A stretch of 64,000 bases of DNA from Paraspadella gotoi (taxonomy: Eukaryota; Animalia; Chaetognatha): NCBI GenBank assembly GCA_051294375.1, contig CM119264.1, positions 5,239,434-5,303,433 on the forward strand. The letters run 5' to 3'. The notes beneath the pieces were generated by a model, which was given only the letters and a program-made list of their open reading frames with translations, made no database searches and was not told the DNA's origin. This document shows, piece after piece, positions 57,264 through 64,000 of this stretch. The position numbers and the translations under genes were made by a program. Numbering within the stretch: the first letter of the stretch is position 1; each line of letters begins with the position of its first letter.

Positions 57264-58078
57264 CCTACTCCACCCCCACTTCACCACAAGTTGTTTATTT
57301 TCGCGCGCTTCGCCGTTTTACGAATTGAGGCGGCGGCGGCGTGCGGCGGCGGCGTGCGGCGGCGTGCGGGCGCGGCGTTGCGGCGGCGCGTTTAACCGAA
57401 TCTAATTATCGGAAACCCATTTGGTGGCATTTTTGCGGCCGGAGAATAAAGGAGACGGAAAATGGAAATTTCTTTGATGGAAATCGATTTTGAGACTAAG
57501 TCGGTTCAGCCGTCACCACTTCACCGCTAGGGCTTCTCGAAGAAGAGGGGACAACCTTTCCTCTTTTTTTTTCTCTTTCTTTCACAATATCTCTCTCACT
57601 CTCTCTCTTTCTTTCTCTTTATCCTTTTATCTTTCTTTCTTATTTTCTTTGCTTTTTCCGATACTTGGCAAACCCGTTTCTCCCCCTGTGACTCTCAATT
57701 TCTCTCCAAATTAAATACTCGACTGAAATCATGTCATTTTCCTCATCAGAACAAAATAGCGAAAGTTTACTTCAGCATTGTAATGATAACTAGTAAATAT
57801 ATATTTCGTAACCAGTGATAAATGAAGACCTTAGCCCCCGTTTGATGTTTTCGACTCATTTTCGTCCGTCGCTTCGACGTCATTTTGACCCAAATTCGAT
57901 CGGGAAGTCGATGCATCGGTAATGAATTCATTTCCTTGAAGATGTGATCAAATTTTCATTTCAACATAATATTTAATCCAGTTCTATGCATTTTGCGATG
58001 CAATAATTAATTACAGGGTGAAAGAGAAAATTAGTGTTTAATTTTAAAATAACATGTCAATGTTGTAGACAAAAAAAA

Positions 58079-58557
58079 AAACAAGTTTGAGCAAACAATG
58101 TCGGATCTGCCCACGATCATTAACGGTAAGCAGCTAATCAGATAATTAATTAATTAAATAATTAATTAATATTACTTTTTTTATCCGCGTCAAAATCGTT
58201 TTCCATTTTGTCTCGCCTTTCAATCACAAAACAACAATCTCCATCACAAAAATTAATTAATAAATTAATCTATTACAAAATAGATATTAATTAATTAATT
58301 ACTAATTTATCAATAATTAATTGATGCAGCTTGAATATACCTTTAACATAAAAATAACAAAAGCATAATCAAATAGTGAAATAGATTTTTATTTTTTTAT
58401 TTTAACTCATTTCCTCTTGGACGATTCCATCGAAACTTGATTTCCTGCTCAATCACACACAAACTATAAATTCGGATACGCTCTGTAAATCGTTAATTTG
58501 ATTTTTAGTCGGTACTTTCGGCAGATTCCGACTCTATTATTTTTTGATCCGTCGGTC
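58079..58557. mobile_element. Further fragments of the same HINE-like family (3' part on - strand 58079-58465; 5' core on + strand 58521-58557)
   Basis: AAGTTTGAGCAAACAATGTCGGATCTGCC identical at 58083 and 59487; 58402-58460 resembles 59935-59992; GCAGATTCCGACTCTATTAT...TCCGTCGGTC matches the reverse complement of 60175-60216. Confidence 0.65.
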
Positions 58558-58875
58558 TCCCCTCAAAATCTTGTCGGTAAGTAACTTAGAACATGTCAGA
58601 ACATCGAATTATGAAAAATTATGCAAATTTATAACTGATAACTTTTCAGGTATTGCTCAATTTTTTTTTGTATGAAATTGGTAGAACCAATATATTTGAT
58701 TGTTTGTATGCATTTTTAATCGCTGCTATGAACATCAACAGATGCTCATGTGATAGATCAAGATTAAAAACAAATTTTGCAAATAGTAGATGCATTTGGC
58801 GAATGAAAAATAAGAAAATGAGATTCTCGCTCTTGTACACGGCATCGCATCAAGTGGAATCAGATGGAATCAAAT

Positions 58876-59309
58876 GAATCCCGTGAGGGAGGAATCCTGT
58901 GTGGGAAGAATCCCGTGTGGGAAGAATCCTGTGTGGGAAGAATTCCGTCTGGGAGGAATCCCGTGTGGGAGAAATTCTGTGTAAGAGGAATCCAATGTGG
59001 GAGAAATCCTGTGTGAGAGGAATCCCATGTGGGAGGAATCCCATGCAGGAGGAATACCATGTGGGAGGAATCCCGTGTGAGAGGAATCCCGTGTAGGTGA
59101 AATATCGTGCAGGAAGAAACCCGTTTGGGAGGAATCCTGTGTGGGAAGAATCCCGTGAGGGAGGAATCCCGTGCTAGAAGAATCCCATTAGAGAGGAATC
59201 CCGTGCAGGAGGAATCCTGTATGGGAGGAATCCCGTTCAGGAGGAATCCAGTGGGGGAGGAATCCAGTGTGGGAGGAATCCAGTGTGGGAGGAATCCTGA
59301 GTGGGAGGA
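58876..59309. repeat. 16-bp minisatellite, ~27 copies
   Basis: Unit GAATCCCGTGTGGGAG; differences are substitutions and the period is steady; explains the overlapping repetitive ORFs at 58850-59433. Confidence 0.95.
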
Positions 59310-59483
59310 CTACCACGGCCACCTACGCTTCTTATCTCCGCCTAGTTTTATGTCAAATACACATACATGCGCACGTACATTTACACATACTTGTATTATC
59401 AATAAGTTAATGGTTCTTTTGATCGACGTTTAATGCTTTCGCTTGCATTCTATCTGCAGTGAAAAAAATTTCGCCAAAGATTA

Positions 59484-60236
59484 AATAAGTTTGAGCAAAC
59501 AATGTCGGATCTGCCTACGATAATTAAGCTGTTATCAGCTAATCAGATGATAAATCACGATAATTCTTTCAATTTGTTATCCCAACTGATCATAACAGAT
59601 CAAGCCATGCCAAACCAGTGGCTGCTCCAATACATGTAAATCACTTGCAAGGGATTTAGCCGAACTGTTACTGCAGTGCAAATAATTTTTTGACCTTATT
59701 TTTTTAACTTGCATAATTTTTTTAACTTGCTTTTTTTTTTTAACTTGCATCATTTTTTTAACTTGCTCAATTTTTTAACTTGCATATCTAGCTATCTCAA
59801 TAAATCATACACTTTCCTACCCACATACAAACTTTTATCTTGATTTATAAATCAAATTTTAAATAATTAAAACATTTATGAATAAGCATCAGTAATAAAA
59901 ATTCAAGTCAACTTGACTTTAGTTTTTTCTATGCAAACTCATTTCCACTCCTCATTTCCATCAAAACTTTATATCCAGCTCAATCACACACTTTCCTACC
60001 CACACACAAAAATTCATACCAATCCATCCATTCAATCACGAGTGATTGGATGTTTTTGCTAAAGGGGGATAGACGGACCGACGAAAGGACAGACATAATT
60101 TTTTTTGCATAATTAATCATAATTTGATGTCCTGACATCATTTAAATGAATTACTGGCCAGATTGAAGGGGGCGGACCGACGGACCGACAAAGTGGATTA
60201 TAGAGTCGGGATCTGCTGATGAGCAGATTCGTCTTA
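59484..60236 (-). mobile_element. DINE-1/HINE-like non-autonomous Helentron element (~750 bp)
   Basis: On the - strand: T run, 5' subTIR and inverted copy (GAATCTGCT-catc-AGCAGATCCC), core, (GTCG/GTCC) microsatellite, internal tandem repeats (5x TTTTTAACTTGC on +, 59701-59783), 3' subTIR GCAGATCCGAC, terminal stem-loop GTTTG-CT-CAAAC, then TT. Confidence 0.7.
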
Positions 60237-60312
60237 AAAAAATAACAAAATTAAACAAAAACAAGTGAATTCCCACGAAAAATACACGACAACAGCAACA
60301 ACAACAACGACG

Positions 60313-62020
60313 ATGAAGATCGCCTCTTATTTTCCTCTCGTCGTCGTCGTCCTTTCGATTCTCGATCTGGCGACCGACACACGGACGGCCATTTCCTTAG
60401 TCACCGACGCCTTCGTCGAAAAGCAGCGCCTCGGCGTCGTCATGGCCGGCGTCCTCGTCATCCACGGCGTCGTCTCCGGACTCTACTTGTGGCGCTTCAT
60501 TTCTCGCGACGCCGCCAAGTTTCCGCGCCTCTGGACCGGCGCCGCGAGGAGGGCGCCGACGCTGCTCTTCTCCTTCGGAGGTTTGGGCTTCGCAGTTGCG
60601 GCGACTGACGTCTGGATGGACGGACGAAGCGGGGCGGCGGATCGAGGGACTCGAGCCGTTAAAGCAGAGTTGCTGCAAGAATTGAATCTGCTGCATTTGC
60701 TGATGGAGACTTATCCGCAGATCTTGCTGCAAGCCGCGGCTTTGTACGTCGAATGGACAAGCGGAACTTCGATTCAGTGTTTCCCCGAATTGGTGAAGAC
60801 GGAATGGGAAAGAATAATAAAGTTAAAAATTTAATAACTATTTATTAGTATATATATATATATATTATTAGATATTTATCTTGCAAGAGGGGAGAGGATA
60901 AAGTCAAAATACCTATGATAGCCTATGTCATGTATTCTTAATTTTGATTAACTTTTTAATTTTACTATTTATATTACATATTCCAAAAACTTGTTCTAAT
61001 CTCGTCTTCACCCCGATTTCCAAGGCTTACCATTATCACGCGGAACCTCTTCTCGCCGGGAAGTTGTACCGACTCACCAACGGAACCTTTCAGCTGCAGC
61101 CGGGCTTTTGCTCCTGTCATCATTTCAAAGGAGCAACCTCTTTCACTTCCTTTTGCAGTTGGTTTTTCGACAATCACTTTGTCCTCTTCTCCTTTGCCAT
61201 CTCGACCATCGGGTTGGCAAAGACGGCAACGGATCAGCGACAGATTGGCAACTCCGCGTTGCATCCGGTCAACGTCGTCGGTCTCTTGCAAGGCGTCGTA
61301 GGGGCCGTCGTCTTTTTATATCTCGAGTTCCTTTGGTCGATGAAAATCGAAACGATCTTCATTCTGCTCCTCGCGCCTTCGGTGTTGCTGCGTCTCTTTC
61401 CTCTGAGGGAATTGAAGAACCTTTGTCTTTGGAGACGATTCCGAGTGGCTCGTCCAGACTCCTCGGCGTCCGCGGCAGAATTCCTGCTCATGGTCACGTG
61501 GAACGTCGTCGTCGCTGCTGGATTCTTCGCCTTCGATAAGCACGCGGCTCTGCGCGACAGGCTCGGCCACGCTGACGATCTCGGTCTAACTCGCTTCCGC
61601 AGGCGAGGTGAGATTCCGAGTCTCGACTTTTACGGAATCANNNNNNNNNNTTTCATGGGTCGCGGGTTCGAGTCCCGCTTGAGGTGGGACGTGCTTAAGC
61701 TGGAAGGCGGCGTGGAACGCTGCGGAAACGGATCGAGTCTTCAATTCAAACACACCTCGTTAAGAATGGGGAATTTCAAAATTCTTCATCCGAGCGATTC
61801 TCTCGTTCAGAGCCTCTTGCTGATGGATGTTTGCTTAGGGTTTGTCTACGCATTCGGACACTTGGGATCGAATAGAGAATTCAAACGATCCTTCATATTC
61901 ATGATCAACGCTTTGTCGGTGATTATGATTCTTTCTTTCAACATGTTTAACATAAAGATGCACGATTATGCTATTCAAAGGATCGATCATTGCTTTAAAA
62001 GTAGAAAAAGCACTGCTTAA
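60313..62020 (+). CDS. Divergent XK-related (XKR/CED-8-type scramblase family-like) multipass membrane protein, 491 aa, 2 exons (60313-60792, 61025-62020)
   Basis: TM1 with D-x-x-T-D (ILDLATD); LLMETYPQILLQ resembles the XK-family E-S-x-P-Q-x-x-L-Q motif; later FSFAISTIGLA helix; about 8-10 hydrophobic segments; phase-0 intron TTG|GTGAAG...CAAG|GCT (60793-61024); stop TAA at 62018-62020; 10 Ns at 61641-61650 keep frame. Confidence 0.72.
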
Positions 62021-64000
62021 TGAATAAAACCGTGTATCTGGATCGAAGGAGCAGCTGTCGGAGAGCTTCACCCTTTTGACTAACTTTCCCTTCACGGCGG
62101 CTTTCTCCTATTTGGCCCTTTTTCTGGGTGAGTTCTTTCCGGCCACGAGGCTGCGTTCTTCTTCAGGCAAAGGGATCGTCGTTTTGGGCTTCATGGGGTC
62201 GCTGACTTGCGTCTTGCCAGCATTTAGCGTTCCTCCTTCGAGTCACCCAACAGTTTTGAAGATTTTCGAGATAACATTTTGAAATTCCTTAAACGCAATA
62301 TTTTTGAACGAGAACATTTTTGTTTTAAACTCGAATGATTTTTTATGATTTTCGTTTTCTATGAATTCGGTTCTTTGATTCTTTGTTTTTCGTTTTTACC
62401 TTTTGTGTCGCCTCGGTTTAAATGTTATCAAAGACACGCTGAAGGATAGTAAGCGTCTCATTTACGCTAAACTCGTTTTTCTAATGTTTTTATTATAATT
62501 TATGTGGTAATTTTGAACGTTTGGATTTGCAACCAGCTTTTAGTCGAATTATTTTTGATAAATTTTTGAAAAAAAATGGATATGGATTATGTGAGAAAGT
62601 TCGGTTGGATGAAAAAAGTTTTAAGCGAGTACGGGATTTCAACATTCTCCTACTTACATTTACGTGAAAAAATTGTTCCAAAGCTGTCACCGATCCAAAA
62701 GAATTTTCTTCGATCGAGCGACTGAAGCTTTTTTTACAAAATATGAACAAAGGATGTTCAAATATAACTCAAATTATAGCTGCATTGTACATCAATCTTT
62801 CGATAAATCAGTATGATTATCAATTCTTTTTAATATTTGATTCTTTTAATATGTAATTGCCCTATTTTTTATTCAAAATTTACGAGTTTTTTTCGTCAAA
62901 TAAAGATCAGAAAATAAATTGTAACAATAAACTTGTCTTCTCTGATAATTTAGAAAATAACTTTATCAATTAATATTTTTTCCAAAAGTGCGCCTATAAA
63001 TGTGAATCTCTTTCATAGTTTTCAAGTTTGAAGTCGTCCAGAAAACTATTCTGTAATAATATTACAGAATTTAATCTAATTTAATCTATATTACTAATAT
63101 AGATTAAATTTGCAAACAAAAATGACAATTCGCGAGTCAAAATGCCATTATGCAGTCGAAATTACAGTTCGCAAGTAACAATTACATTTTGCGCGTTAAA
63201 ATAACGTTTCAGAAGTTAAAATGATTGGATAAATCAATCGACAAAAGACTCGATAGCATTTAAAACAATCATGATCTTTAAACGACAACACGCATCGAAT
63301 CACTCAAAAAATACTCAATCTTTCCATCCAAACTTGTGTTGGTCTTTTCAAAAAATCAACCATTAACTTCAACACAAACGCGTCCTGAAAAAAAAAAACC
63401 ATTTCCTTTCAACGGATAAAAAAAAAAATTGTTGGTCCTTCGTCGTCCCTCCCAACTTTTCCCTCTTTTAAAAGTCGAAATAAGTATTTGAATGACAAAA
63501 GCGAGAAAATGACAGCCATCAATTTTTTTATTAGATTTCTTTTATTTTTTTCTTTTTTTCCTCGACCTCCTTTCCCCGGTTGGGCCTCCCATTATCTCGC
63601 CACGACTCTCAACCGATTTTTTTTTTTCACCACCCAAAATTTTAAGTCATTTTCTTTTTCTTTTTTTTTCTCTTTCACTCTTTACTCGGGTTTTCTTTTT
63701 CCATTTCGGCCCGAGCGGAATTTTTTCACTTAACTTTTTTCTCATCGCAAGTTCGTTCAGCTTTTAATCATGCCCTCTTTACTTTCGCCATTATAAATAT
63801 TTCTTTTTCTTCTTTTTTTTGGTTATTTTTTTTGTTTCTTATTTTCCCCATTTTCGCCATTTTGTTTTTCTTTTTGTTTTCCTTCAATTTCGGAGGTGGA
63901 TTGGATTTTTTTCTCTCATCGACCCGCTGCTCCTTCTCACTGGCGCAAATTAGATTTCACCCGCTCACCTGTGCACGGCCTTTTAAATTCTCACCACAGG

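Overview
Eukaryotic (animal-like) draft-assembly DNA, dense in (CT/GA)n, (CTTT)n and (GTC)n microsatellites, with many N runs. Most ORFs in the supplied track are low-complexity or N-gap artefacts. Manual splicing recovers two well-supported + strand genes: (1) a 9-exon, ~750-aa type I membrane immunoglobulin-superfamily protein (6186-25554; signal peptide, four Ig-like domains, stalk, TM helix, cytoplasmic tail) with a probable GC-AG intron and non-canonical cysteine placement; (2) a 2-exon, 491-aa divergent XK-related (XKR/CED-8-type) multipass membrane protein (60313-62020). A ~6 kb microsatellite-free, indel-riddled coding-like island (28.2-34.1 kb) could not be identified. Repeats include a DINE-1/HINE-like Helentron derivative (59484-60236) with nearby fragments, a 593-bp TA-flanked palindromic MITE (42836-43428) and 16-, ~48- and ~72-bp minisatellites. 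A large part of the window looks like long-read assembly artefact: an ~11.6 kb fold-back (34.6-46.2 kb) with an adapter-like 9-mer at its axis, plus three noisy direct duplications. I found no RNA genes, CRISPR arrays or demonstrably new biological system. All calls are by eye, without database searches.
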